Below, piece by piece: positions 22,638 through 35,770 of a DNA stretch of 64,000 nt (the first letter of the stretch is position 1; each line of letters opens with the position of its first letter). Origin of the DNA: Sphyrna mokarran (taxonomy: Eukaryota); NCBI GenBank assembly GCA_024679065.1, contig JAGIQG010000001.1, positions 82,336,001-82,400,000 on the forward strand, in the 5' to 3' direction. The notes under the pieces were generated by a model. It ran no database searches. It saw only the letters and a list, made by a program, of their open reading frames with translations, and was not told the origin of the DNA. Position numbers and translations under genes: made by a program.

Positions 22638-23143
22638 TAAGACCATAGACTGTAAGACATAGGAGCAGAATTAGACCAGTCAGCCCATCAAGTCCACTCC
22701 GCCATTTAATCATGGCTGATTTTTTTCTCATCCCCATGCTCCTGCCACTTCCCCATAATCCCTGATCCTCTTCTTAATTAAGAACCTATTTATCTCTGTC
22801 TCAAAGACATTCAATGACCTGGCATCCACAGCCCTCTAGTGGCAAGGAGTTCCACAATTCACCACACAGTGGCTGAAAAAGTTCCTCCTCATCTCTATTT
22901 TAAGGGATTGACCCTTTAACCTGAGATTGTGTCCTTTGACTCTAGTTTTTCCTACTAATGGAAATATCCTCTGCACATTCACTCTATCCAGCCCTCATCC
23001 TTCTAAACTCCAACGAGTACAGACCCAGAATCCTTAACAGTTCCTTATGTAATAAGCTCTTCATTCTAGAAATCATTCTTGATTTCCTCCTCTGGACCCT
23101 TTCCAAGGCCAGCACATTTTTCCTTAGATATGGGGCCCAACAT
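22638..23143 (-). mobile_element. CR1 3' fragment
   Basis: WAPYLRKNVLALERVQRR..LGLYSLEFRRMR and tail taagacataggagcagaattag. Confidence 0.88.
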
Positions 23144-25203
23144 GCATAATGAGCAATGTCACAGTGACGTTGCTGAGAGGAGATTAGTGTGAACCATTTC
23201 AAAGGGTAATGCCAGCAATGTCTTAGCTCTATTTAACCTTTGTAAATACTTCACATGGAACTAGATGTTTTTGAACAAAAGACCACTGTTTCTCACAACA
23301 TCTCTTTTAAAATCTTTTCTGGAGTAAGAAACTAATGAATCCAGAGACAAAACCAGACCAAATCTTTGAAATGCAAATCTTTCAACCTCCTGTAAGAGTC
23401 CCCTCTCTGATCTGCTTCCGCAATACACTGGAATCTTCCTATTCCGAACATGTGTCCTAGCCGTTGAATGAACTGCTGAACTAGAATGCACCTGCCTATG
23501 AGAAGTGGGGGCTAATTTTAATTGGTGCTATCCTTGTGGGAACTTGAGTTGCTGCCAAGTGTGCAGCCATTCAACTGCTGGGTGACAATTGCATGTGACA
23601 ATTAGAGAAATGAGCTCAAAGCATTGCCTGTATAACTTTCAATAGGGTGTGTTGATTTTACCATCGCTATTGGGCCTGGTATCTCACTTCAGTCAGCCAG
23701 CTGAACATAACTGCTTAGGTCTCTTTATGCAGCTCACTGGTGAAGACTATTTGGTTTCCAGGTTGCTGCCTTACAGATCATAGCCCTCAGGTAGGTGTTG
23801 CAATGGGAGGAATAATCGAGAGAGGGGGACAACCAGAAGGGGAAGTGTCCAAGGAATTGGTTGAGAATGGGAAGGGACTAATTGGGAAAGAGGTCAAGAC
23901 AGAGTTTGGGACAGGAGTTGAGCAAACATCATGGGAGGCAAGGAGGCAGCGATTGGGAGAAGGAGTCAACAGCAAGCTGTGATTTATGTGCGCCTGGTGG
24001 AAGCACTCCTGCTCTTCCTGGCTCCAGCTTTAGATGGGCATTTTATGAAAACAACCTTCCCATTTTGGTGGCAGCCTACAGATGCACTCTGAAGAGTTGT
24101 GGGTTTTTCTGATGCAACCAACCAGTTGTTGACTGGACCAATTTGGCATGAAAATATCATTAGCCTGCTCATTTGCTCATTTAAAGAGCCTAATAAATGT
24201 TTCAATGGCATGCTCTGGATTTCTTTTTGCTGCTGGCACAAACATGATGAAGAATAAACCCCTTTCTCAGAGTGTTGCTGGCCATTTTAAAAGCTTCAGC
24301 TCTTGTGTTATATCTCTGAAAAGATCATAACATCATCATATTTCTAGGCCCTATTGTGAAAGAGATTAAACAAGTCATAAATGAGGAAGGATTGGGACAT
24401 TTCACCTTTGCAAACCAATGCACATTCTTAGTTATGCATTGTTCCTGCATAAAATTAATATCAGAACAAAATTATGAATTGCTAGAAAAATTACCATATG
24501 AAGTGATGTACCAGTAAAACAATTGTCAGAATCACAGAATTGTTAAGGCACATCATGACAGTATTAGCTCTTCAAATGAGCATCATGACGCAATGCCATT
24601 CCTCTATCTTTTCCCCATACCCCTGCACATTGTTTTAAGTAATCATCTATCTCTTAAAAGCCTCAATTGAACCTGCCTCCATCACACTTCCAGGTAGTGC
24701 ATTCCAGACCTGAACTTGTGTGAAAATGGTTTTCTCACATTGCATCTGAGTAAAGCATTACCCTGGTCTCTAGCATTACTAGTCTGTGACAATAGCACTA
24801 CATCACCACTACCAGCTCTGTTATCGACAATGATCCCCTTGGATTTACCTTTCATCTTGCCCGATTCACACAAGTTCATTGTTCTTGGTTCACTCCCATT
24901 ATTCTGCACTTTTCTGCTGGTGCTCAGCGCTGCTGGCTACCTACTGCAAAAACTCCTCCTTTGTCCTCTGTTGCACTGAACATCATCTAGCAATGCACTC
25001 ACTGTATTCTGCCAAGCAAATAGCTACTGAATTCTTTTCATGTCTGGGATGGTCGCCAAAGGTGGACACTTATTCATTGATGCAACAAGCTGGTTCCCCA
25101 TCACCTGCAAATCCAATTCATTCCATCACATGACTTCAAACTTTAACTTTGTATGTATTAATTCTCCAGTTCTGCTCAGGGATACGGTTCTCCTAATCCC
25201 TGA

Positions 25204-25752
25204 TATAGAACATACATAGAACATAGAACATTACAGCACAGAACAGGCCCTTTGGCTTTCGATGTTGCGCCGACCAATATAAAAAGCAATGCCCCTCCAA
25301 ACTAAACCATTCCCTTCTCTTCCATATACTTATCAACTAACCTCTTAAACGCCACCAAACTTGGCGCATCTACAACTGCTGCAGGCAGGGCATTCCACTC
25401 CCGAACCACCCTTTGGGTAAAGAACCTGCCTCTGATATCCGTCCTATAACTATCACCCCTTAATTTAAAGCTGTGTCCCCTCGTGCTAGCTTTTTCCATC
25501 CTAGGAAAAAGGCTATCACTGTCCACCCTATCTAAACCTCTAATCATCTTATATGTTTCGATCAGGTCCCCTCTTAGCCTCCTCCTTTCTAACGAAAACA
25601 ACCTCAAATCCCTCAGCCTCTCCTCATAAGACCTGCCCTCCATACCAGGCAACATCCTGGTAAACCTCCTCTGTACCCTCTCCAAAGCCTCCACATCTTT
25701 CTTATAATGCGGGGACCAGAACTGCACACAATACTCCAAGTGCGGCCGCACT
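25204..25752 (-). mobile_element. Young 5'-truncated CR1
   Basis: Open frame VRPHLEYCVQFWSPHYKKDVEALERVQRRFTRM..FFTQRVVREWNALP, with a (catagaa)n tail. Confidence 0.95.
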
Positions 25753-26039
25753 GATATGTCAATTTGTTGTGAATTACTTCCATCCATTCATGACATTTCA
25801 GCAGCAACAAAGTCCTGGGCTTCTATCTCTCTCACTTATTTTCCTCTCATTGCTTTTTGAATTATTCTCTTTCTTCCTGTCTCCCAGTCATGCCACATTA
25901 CATTTCTCCCTTTTGGGTGCTTTGCATCCCTATTGGTTTCTAACCCCAATCCATCACTACTCCCCCAGACTCTCTTGTCACTATCCAAGGCTTGAATCCC
26001 TTTCTGATAAGTCCATTTCCCCTGTGCAACTCTATGTTG

Positions 26040-26330
26040 ACAGCACAGTGGTTAGCATTGCTGCCACACAGCACTAGGACCCAGGTTCCGTTCCCAGCTT
26101 GGGTCGCTTTCTGTGCAGATTCTGCACGTTCTCTCTGTGTCTGTGTGGGTTTCCTCCTGGTGCTCCCGTTTCCGTCCACCATCTGAAAGACATGCTGTTT
26201 AGGTACATTGATCATGCTAAATTCTCCCTCAGTGTACCTAAACAGGTGCCGAAGTGTGATGACTAGGGGATTTTCACAGTAACTTTATTGCAGTGTTAAT
26301 GTCAGCTTACCTGTGACACTAATAAATAAC
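26040..26330 (+). mobile_element. V-SINE, tail type B
   Basis: Same head, core and tail as 3080-3358. Confidence 0.88.
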
Positions 26331-27379
26331 TCTAATCTTACATCCGCCGAAGGACTCAGAGACCAACCTCTTTCCTGTGTTATTAACCATTATTAATTTT
26401 GAATGTTACTATCAGTAAGTTAATTTAATTCCAGTCACGATTACTACTTCATTTTCTCTAAAACAGAGTTGATTTTATCACTTTAAATCTAACATGATAT
26501 TATCGGAATGTGTTGAAAGTATTGACATTGAAATGCCGCAGTATAGCATTACCCCATGTCATTGAGATTGTAGTAACAATTGGATTACGTGCTCTTATTT
26601 TTCTTTGAGCTTGAGGGGAGAGAAGTTAATTAATTGAGTTGAACATTAGGATTTGTCCACCTAAACAGATATGCCAAATTATCTTTTGTTTATTTCAAGC
26701 TTATTGTTGTTTTATAGCTTTCTCTGTACCTAACAGCCATTTACAGCAATTTAAGAGAAAAAAAAAAATTCTAGTTCAGTTTTGTTCCAGGAAACAAACT
26801 GGAAAGTAACTTATATTTATAGATAAATTGAAACTTGAGGAATTCCAGGCATCCTCCCTTTGGAGAATTTTAGAGTCAATTAAAAGGAAGGTCATTAATC
26901 TCCATGTAAGAATTTACATCAAACAGTATGCAGAAGCAGCAGATCAGTCTGAAAGTATCATGGCAGAAGTTTGGTTATAAATATTCAGATAGCATAGACT
27001 CTAATAACTGTGGAAATGACTTTGTTCGGTTGCTATGTCTGGTGATGTAATAACCAAATGCTAGGCTTATCCTGTTTACTATTTCTTATGGGATTTGTAA
27101 GTACGGTGCAAAAAAAGCATTTACTATTTTGGTAATGAGGCCAACCTAAAGCCAAAAGCGATGAGAAGATTTTTAACTTTCAGTCACCAAAACAAGGCAC
27201 ACCAATGCTTATTGCACTGTTTGAACCAAACCTAACCCAACCTCTCAGGTCAACTCCCCAGATACAATATAGGATAAAAAAATTATAATCTATATGAGCA
27301 ATGTAATAAAAGTCAAATAGAGATAATGGGATTGACCTTAAATCCATGCTAACTATCCACAGGAATGGCAGCAGGGGCT

Positions 27380-27930
27380 CAAGATTTGGCGAATTCCCAA
27401 AAGTTATTGATTTTGTTGGTGAAATCGTGATTTCAATTTTCACACCCTAGTTGTTGGCGTGAACCTGATTTAAGAACATATTAATGGATTTGCATGTCAT
27501 TAATTTTCATGTTATTCAATTTTCACACTTCCAGTTGTTGGCGCAAATCTTAATGGATTTGCATGTCATTAATTCCCCCCTCCCCCCTCACTATGGATGG
27601 GGTTCTCCAGCCGCACTTGTCCCGAAACTGGAGAATCCTGCCCGAGTTTAATGGATCTTTGTATGGTCTTCGCACCACCCAACCCAACTACAATTCTAGT
27701 TGTGGGTGGAATGAGAGACTTCTCCTTGATGTATTGAACCTGTGCCACATATTTAAACTGCCCTGACATGATATCACACAGCAGGTTAACTCAGATGTGA
27801 ACGTGTCATAGGGATCACCCCAGTGGTATTAAGGTCAGTATAGTCCCTGGGGGAGAGGGACATAGTCAGGCATAGCCTGACAGTGCTTCCAGGCACTGTC
27901 ACTTGGCACAGGTTGGCACTGTCAGATTGG
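27380..27930. mobile_element. MITE-like fragments with an internal direct duplication
   Basis: ggagaatcctgccc TIR-like motif at ~27630, GGCACTGTC motifs, and a duplicated block at 27432-27574. Confidence 0.5.
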
Positions 27931-28705
27931 GACCACATATCAATGTATATTTAAGACTGGTAATGCTGGTGAGGTTCCATTAATTTATCTGGAAACACGA
28001 TTATCAGAACAAATACACATTTTTAATCACAGGGTCAGTGGATCAGCTTTGACTAAATTGAGGTTAAATGATTCAACCTGACTTAAAAATAGTACAAAAC
28101 CGTTTCCATTTTCCTGAAGTACAGTAGCCAGTTTCATAGTAAATCAAAACCTAATTACATGAAAAAGTTTTTAAAATGCACCTTAAATTTTCATGACCTC
28201 TTCAAACACACAATTGGGGGAATGCCCACAGGTGAATCATTTACCTGTGAATATTTTCACCTTTGTTGTTGGAGCCTGCTTTTAAATAGATTTGCTATGA
28301 ACACAAATTCCATACTTATTTGCACCGATTGCGTCAATTTCCATCGAAATGTGCCAAAAGCTCTAGCAAAACTGAGTGGAGGCTTCAGGCCATAATATTT
28401 TATATTCTAGCAATGTCTATGGAGATACTCCACACCAAAAGTTTTGGCTTTGCTTATAAGCTTCATTTGAATTCTGACTTTTGATTCAAAACTAATTGTG
28501 GCCGACGTATTAAGGATAAAAATAAAAGAAGTTGGAACAGACTGTAAGTGTTCAGCTCCTTTCATTGAGAACCTAACCTCAAATGCATCGTATTATTTTG
28601 CGGATGGAAATGTTTACCAGCAGACACATACAATTACCTCTACTGGGAAGTATTCTATATCCACAGAACAGAAGTGGCTCCTTATTTCATCTGCTTTGAT
28701 CCTGA

Positions 28706-29028
28706 AGTGGCATTGGACTGGGGTAAACACAGTAAGAAGTCTTACAACATCAGGTTAAAGTCTAACAGGTTTATTTGGCAGTAAACACCACTAGCTTTCA
28801 GAAGACTGATCCTTCGTCAGTTGAGTGGAGAGTTCTGATCGCAAACAGGGCACATAAAGGCGAGTTGCATTCTAATCAGTATTCTGTAAACTGTGTGTGC
28901 CGTTATATGCCCTGTTTGCGATCAGAACTCTCCACTCACCTGACGAAGGAACAGCGTTTCGAAAGCTATTGATGTTTATTACCAATTAAACCTGTTGGAT
29001 TTTAACCTGGTGTTGTGAGACTTCTTAT
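28706..29028. mobile_element. Palindromic Penelope-type non-autonomous element with hammerhead-like cores and an 11-bp TSD
   Basis: Inverted arms of ~129 bp (28733-28861 / 28899-29027). TSD tttgatcctga at 28695-28705 and 29029-29039. CTGACGA..GAAA core in each arm. Confidence 0.82.
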
Positions 29029-30682
29029 TTTGATCCTGACCCCATTGCAACACAATGGCAGACAGTGTTTACTTGAATTTGGGCCAGCCTGACCTAACTA
29101 TTTTACTTTCTCTAATTTGAAGAGGAATAAGGAATAAGCCAATGTCACTAAAATTAAATCTTTGAACCAATGTTGACCACAAATAGCATGGGCTCTCTTT
29201 CAATTATTGCCCCTTATTAAATATTCCTAAATCTTTACCATGCGCACATAAACAAACTGAAAATAGCTGTCAGAACTACAGAAGGTACTCAGGCACTTAG
29301 GCAAACAATTCAATAGCATACATAACATATCACCTTGGAATGTTGGAGCTTTTCTCAACAAGGAAAGTGAAATAACTCCTCAGAGATCTGTGTTCCTTCA
29401 CTCAATTCCCTTTATTTATAAATCTATCTCCACTCCTAATAGTGCTTCAGGTACAAAGTCACAATCTGCAGTATCAGTAGACCTGACACTCCTCAGTATA
29501 TACATGAATAAGATTCCCTGACTGGGCAGGCAATCATTACCTCAGTCAGGGAGCTCATATTCCAAGAGGCCAGCCTCATGGGCCTCATTGAGGTGATTAC
29601 AGAAAGCTCAATGTAATCTCGAAAAATAATTTATTTCTGAATCCTGACAATGAATGAATACTAAAATTCAATGTGTTAATGATATCACACCTGGAAACAT
29701 TTTACAACCAGAAGAAAATAAACCACAACTGAGACATCTGCCAAGCACGCTGCAGAATGTTCTTTTGATAAAAATGAGAAGTTATTAAAAGTTGAAAAAT
29801 TATAAGGTCATTTGTCATAAACAACATTTTTGGCATCAACTACTAAATAAATGCAGGGTATAATGATAGCTTTCGGATGTTATCTTGGAACTTTCCTTCA
29901 TCAAAGTTGTGTGCAACCAAAAGTGGGAGAAAATAAATGTCCAATCGATTTGTTCTGACCACATCAATTTCCACTTCCAATTGATCGATTTGTTTTAGTC
30001 AGTTTCCAGTATTTTGCTTCCACCAATCTGATTGGTTCTACAGCTTGTAATTCTACCTGATCTGATTGTTTAACACTGACAGCCTCCAATCCTGGCGAAA
30101 ATTGCAAATTGTTCCAGCACCAAGAAAACTTCACATTGTTTGAATATTTGATTCTCAATTTGAAATGTTGCTGCTTATCATGTAGTTGGAAACCCAGGCC
30201 ATGGGTATTTTTTTGCTTTTAATACAAATGCAAGTTTTGTTCAGATTTTGCATCTCCAGATGAGATACAGAAGTAAAAGAAATGCTCAAAAGAAGGCACC
30301 TATCACCTGGAAGTCATGTTGCTAAAAGCCATGCTGAACAAACCAAATCAATAGCACTGTCAAGAAATATTGATCATAATATTGTTCAAAACTCTGTTCA
30401 ACTGTGAACATTGAACTCTGTGGCACGATAGCTACAACTGATCTACATTACGTAGAACAAGATGGGTGGACACGTGATGGCTTTTGCAGCCTTGCCTTTC
30501 AGACTGTAGAAAATTTCTCATCCATCGATTCAGTGAAGAGCAAAGTTCACCAAGTAGTGGACTTTGTGAAACTAGTTTATTGTTTGTAGCATTGGAGAAA
30601 TATTGCTGAATTGTCAGCCCATGGTTAACAGTGATTAGACATTTCTGTGCTAGAAACTTTAAATTAATGAAGTTGCACATTA

Positions 30683-30953
30683 AGTTAAGGTTTATTTATT
30701 AGTCACAAGTAGGTTTACATTCAAGCTGCAATGAAGGTTCTGTGAAAATCCCCCAGTCCCAACACTCCTGCACGTGTTTGAGTACGCTGAGGGAGAATTT
30801 AGCATGACCAATTCACCTAATCAAAGCACTTGGTAGAAACCCACACAGACATGGGGAGAATGTGCAAACTCCAAACCAGGTGATCCAAACCAGGAATTGA
30901 ACCCAGGTCCCTAGTGCTGTGAGGCAGAAGTGCTAACCATTGTGCCACCATGC
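30683..30953 (-). mobile_element. V-SINE, tail type B
   Basis: tttatttattagtcacaagtagg..gtgctaaccattgtgccaccatgcc. Confidence 0.85.
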
Positions 30954-30969
30954 CATATTCTGAGGAGAT

Positions 30970-31190
30970 CTTGTAGCACAGTAGGTAGTGTCCCTGCCTC
31001 TCATCCAAAAGCCCTATGTTCAAGTCCCACCCCAGGACTTACATGCCAAGGAAGGTGTGTTTATAATGCAGACAACGGATGGAGTAGCAACCTGAAAAAT
31101 CCTTCCAACACATGCAAATGGCAGGCAGTAAGAGGAGATTCTGCTGCTCATTTATACTCAATGTGGAATGGTGCTATTAGATTCTGGTGA
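30970..31190 (+). mobile_element. Probable tRNA-derived SINE fragment (third family)
   Basis: tagcacagtaggtagtgtccctgcctct..tgttcaagtccc A/B-box-like head. Confidence 0.5.
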
Positions 31191-31887
31191 CAGATTAACA
31201 GTCTGTTCCAGAATTGTTGGAGTATTTGTTAGGTTATGGCAGTCTTTGGTACACTCAAAAAAACCTTCCAGTAGTTATTGACTCATAAGACTTTATACGC
31301 ATAAAGAAAAGTATTCTTTTACACTCCTAGTAAGTTATGAAGTCTGGAGATTTTTAGCTCTAAGATTAACTGACTGAGAAAAGGAGACAAATCATGTGGG
31401 GACAGGAACCTATCTCATTTTGAATAAGTTATTCCAATGCCGCAACTAAGTATGTGACAGACTTTGAGAAACATGCAGGTCCTCAAAGACTAAGACCTCA
31501 GTATTAATTCCCAGATTGAGAAAGGGAGGCATATTTTGTGTAAAACAAATTCTGAATTTTCCTTTTTTGGTCCCTGGTCAAATGATTAAAAGTCCTTGCT
31601 GTATCATATAATATATGTCTTATTGATGCACATTGCACTATAGGAGACAAGTTTCAGATCAAAAACATGTGTTGATTATGTTTATTGAAAGTTTGCCAGT
31701 GATATATGGGAGAAAACAAAATAAATTGAATTCTTATCTGGCAGGATACAGTTATCAGTTTCAACAAGATGAAACAAAGCTATTTGATCTGAGCAATAAG
31801 GACATTAAGAATGCATTTGATATGTGCTTCTGAATAATCTTATTGTTTTGTGCCTGAAACTTGCAGGGAAGTACATATAACAGAGAC

Positions 31888-31990
31888 CAAAAAAGAAAAT
31901 GCTGGAAAATCTCAGCAAGTGTGGCAGCATCTGTAAGGACAGAAAAAAAGCTGATGTTTTGAGTCCAGATGACCCTTCGTCAAAGCTTTG
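31888..31990 (-). mobile_element. Penelope-type fragment (same family as 2349-2442)
   Basis: aaaatgctggaaaatctcagcaag..gagtccagatgacccttcgtcaaagct. Confidence 0.72.
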
Positions 31991-32090
31991 GTTCAGTAAT
32001 TTGCTTTTATCCAGTTTTTTTACATACAACAGAGTTCTTCTAGTAGTGTTTTCCAGATCTCTTGTTGGAAGTTCTAATTTGCGTATTTTA

Positions 32091-32348
32091 TAGGAACATC
32101 GGAATATGCAAGCAGGAGTAGGCCATTTGGCTCATTGACTCCATTCTGCCATTCAATTAGATCATGGCTGATCATCTATCTCAACACCACTTTTTTACGC
32201 TATCCCCATATCCCTTGATGTCATTAGTATCCCGAAATCTATTGATTTCTGTCTTGAATGTGCTCAGTGATTGACTTTTCACAGGCTTCAGGCATAGAGA
32301 ATTTTTAAGACTCATCACCCCCGAATGAAGAAATTCCTCCTCACCTCA
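32091..32348 (-). mobile_element. CR1 3' tail fragment
   Basis: gcaggagtaggccatttgg..gccattcaattagatcatggctgatc..gaagaaattcctcctcacctcag. Confidence 0.75.
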
Positions 32349-34049
32349 GCAGACCAACAGTACAGCCAGTTAGTTAATCTAAAGAACCCATAGTTCAACC
32401 TCTAACTTTAGATGCTTATTGATTGTTAATTATGACTTCAATTTCCTAACCAGAAAAAAATTGTTTAAATTCATCTAAAAACGCAGACTTCAAACCGTGA
32501 ACCCTTATAGAACAAATAGCATTTTAAAATTAAACACATCATGTGTTTAATTGTAACAAGGGACTCACATCCCAATTCTGTCAGGGTACAATCTAAGGCC
32601 AATATCAAAAACCCATATTTAGTGGAGTTTAGGGCACAATTCACTAAAACTAAATTGATTCATTTATAGCTACCAGTCAGTACAATAGGCATGGCAGAAA
32701 TACATCAGACAAATCAGACACATCTGCTGATGTGGTTCAGCAGATTCCTTAATGCATACATTTGAGCAAGGTTTAAGTTAATTGTATCAATTAAATCAAA
32801 TTAATTTGTTTCAAGCAGCAACATCAAACCAGGTAGTCTACATTTTCTGTTATATACCAATGCACTTGATAGGCATATGTATTTATGTATTTTATATCAT
32901 TCTGTACATGAAGAGAAATGAATTGAGAGTGAGCGGGCAAGCAAGAGGGACACAGACAGAAAGATTGAATGTAGGACTCGGGAAAGCAGGAAAGAAGTAG
33001 TAGAGGTTAAATCTGTATTTGTACCTGAAGAAGAACTGTCCTTCTTGAAGGTCTGTTAATCTTGCAGCAACATGTATTTTAAGACTGTGTTCACAATAGC
33101 TTTTTAATCTGTTTCTTGGACTGTTGTGAACTGCTGGAGATATGCTTTGTTTATGTACTGGGCCAGAATGTTTTGTCAGAATAGCAGCAATGAGACATTC
33201 TTATGGCCCTGATGCAGGTTGTGAACACACACACATCCCGCCGTTGCCTACCTCATTATTAGGGTAGTCATTTTAAAGACCCCACTATTTCCATAGACTT
33301 TGGCTCACTCTGGAAGGAAACATGGCCCAGGGCACCTCAGAGAAATTGTGAGCTGTCTGCAGTTGGGAATCTATTAGCGGGTGAGTTCAATAGATATTGA
33401 GCACTTCATATTTCATAACATAATGACATATGATAAGTTAAATATGTCCTTAATACAGTGTTTAATGATAGGGCTTTGTTTAGAAATGGTAAATGGCCAT
33501 TAACTTGACCAGCACTGTAAAAATGTTAAGAAGCATTTCAATATTTATCCAATGAATAACATACCATTTTAAATTCAACAGTATAGAGATTAAGATCTTA
33601 ATGTGTCAATTTCCCCATTTGATTTAATCTGTTCTTTGATTGAAAGTCTGGTCATCAGTTTGACCTTTGGAATAATGGAACAGATGTCCATCTGTTTCCC
33701 ATCTCCTGAGGTTGAATAAATGGCTGAGGTTCTTCAAAGATATTAATGGTTTTAATTTACTTAGCTCTGGAGGTTTTATTGACACAGCTGCACAATGAAA
33801 TCACATTATGAATGTTGACTGAGTTCTAAACCCACTAATGAATTTTGCCCAACTGGGGTTGTTAACACAAATGTCATGTTGATGCAAGCTTTGTTCTTAT
33901 TGACTGTTTTATGAGAAGTTAATAGGATTGAAATTTTTTAAAGAGGGTCTGAATAGCTATTTGTTTATTTGACACTTTAATGACCATTTAAGAGGAATAT
34001 TTTTTTTCAAGTGGTGTTTATGTGGCAATGTGTTTGATTGAAAGTTTTA

Positions 34050-34360
34050 AAGTTTCAAATTTATTTATTAGTGTCACAAGTGGGCTTATATTAACATTGT
34101 AATGAAGTTACTGTGTAAGTCTCCTCGTCTCCACACTCCGGTGCCTGTTCAGAAAGACTGAAGGAGAATTTAGCAAGGCCAATGCACCTAACCAGCACGT
34201 CTTTCAGACTGTGGGAGGAAACTGGAGCATTCAGAGGAAACCCATACACATAAATGAAGAATGTGCATACTCCACACAGATAGTGACCCAAGCTGGGAAT
34301 TGAACCCGGGTCCCTGGAGCTATAAGGCAGCATGCTAACCACAGTGCCACTGTGCCACCC
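34050..34360 (-). mobile_element. V-SINE, tail type B
   Basis: tttatttattagtgtcacaagt..gctaaccacagtgccactgtgccaccc. Confidence 0.88.
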
Positions 34361-34404
34361 AAAGACATTAAAAGGAAATGTTTGAATGACTGTTGATGAT
34401 GTTA

Positions 34405-35770
34405 GATGTTGCGCCAACCAGCAGAACGAATCTAATGACCCTCTAGCCTAAACTATTCCAATATTATCCGTATGCCTATCCACTGACCATTTGAACACCC
34501 TTAAAGTTGGCGAGTCCACAACTGCTGCAGGCAAGGCATTCCATGCCCTTATTACCCTCTGAGTAAAGAATCTCCCTCGGACATCTGTCCTATAGTTATC
34601 ACTCCTCAATTTAAAGCTAGCTATCGCTATCCGAGGAAAAAGTCTCTCACTGTCTACCCGATCTAACTCTCTGATCATCTTGTATGCCTTAAATAGGTCA
34701 CCTCTTAACCTTCTCTCTAACAAAAGTAACCTCAACTCCCTCAGCCTTTCCTAACAAGACCTTCCCACATACAGGCAACACCCTGGTAAACCTCCTCTGC
34801 ACCCCTTCCAATGCCTCCACATCTTTCTTGTAATGTGGTGACCAGAACTGTATGCAATACTCCAAGTGCGGCCGCACCAGAGTTTTGTACAGTTGCAAAA
34901 TGATCTCACGATGCCGAAATTCAATCCCTCTACCAATAAAAGCTAACACATCGTACGCCTTCTTAACAACTTTATCAACCTCAGTGCCAACTTTTAGGGA
35001 TCTATGCACACGTACATCAAGATCTCTCTGCTCGTCGACACTGCCAAGAATCCTTCCATTAGCCCTATATTCTCAACCCTTGTTACTCTTTCCAAAGTGA
35101 ATCACCTCACACTTTTCCGCATTAAACTCCATTTGCCATCCCTCAGCCCAGCTTATCTATTTCCATCTACAAATTGTAACGTCCATCCTCACTGTCTACA
35201 ACTGCTCTGACTTTGGTGTCATCAACAAATTTACTAAGTCATCCTTCTACAACCTCATCCAGGTCATTTATAAAAATGACAAACAACAGTGGCCCCAAAA
35301 CAGATCCCTGAATTACCTGAACTATAGGCTGAATATTTCCCATCAACCACCACCTTCTGTCTTCTATCAGCTATTCAATTTCTAATCCAAATTGCTAAAT
35401 CACCCTCAATCCCATGCATCTGCAATTTTTGTAATAGCCTACCATGGAGAACCTTATCAAATGCTTATCAAATGCTCTACTAAAATCCATATATACCGCG
35501 TCAACTGCCTTACCCTTATCCATCTCTTGGTCACCTTCTCAAAAAACTTGATAAGGTTTCTGAGGCACGACTTACCTTTCACAAAACCGTATTGACTATC
35601 CTTAATAATTTATTTCTCTCAAGATGATTATAAATCCTATCTCATAATTCTTTCCTAAACTTTGCCCACAACAGAAGTAAAGCTCACCAGACTATAATTC
35701 CCAGGATGGTCTCTACTCCCCTTCTTGAACAAGGGGACAACATTTGCTATCCTCCAGTCTTCCAGTGCTG
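34405..35770 (-). mobile_element. CR1-type LINE, RT C-terminal region
   Basis: ORFs 34448-34735 and 34698-35009 give LYKTLVRPHLEYCIQFWSPH and FFTQRVIRAWNALP. Confidence 0.93.

Noticed and set aside
23740-23982. ORF with faint Myb/SANT-like ending (WEARRQRLGEGVNSK)
   Set aside because: Too few conserved residues to support; it may be a DNA transposon relic but cannot be called by eye.
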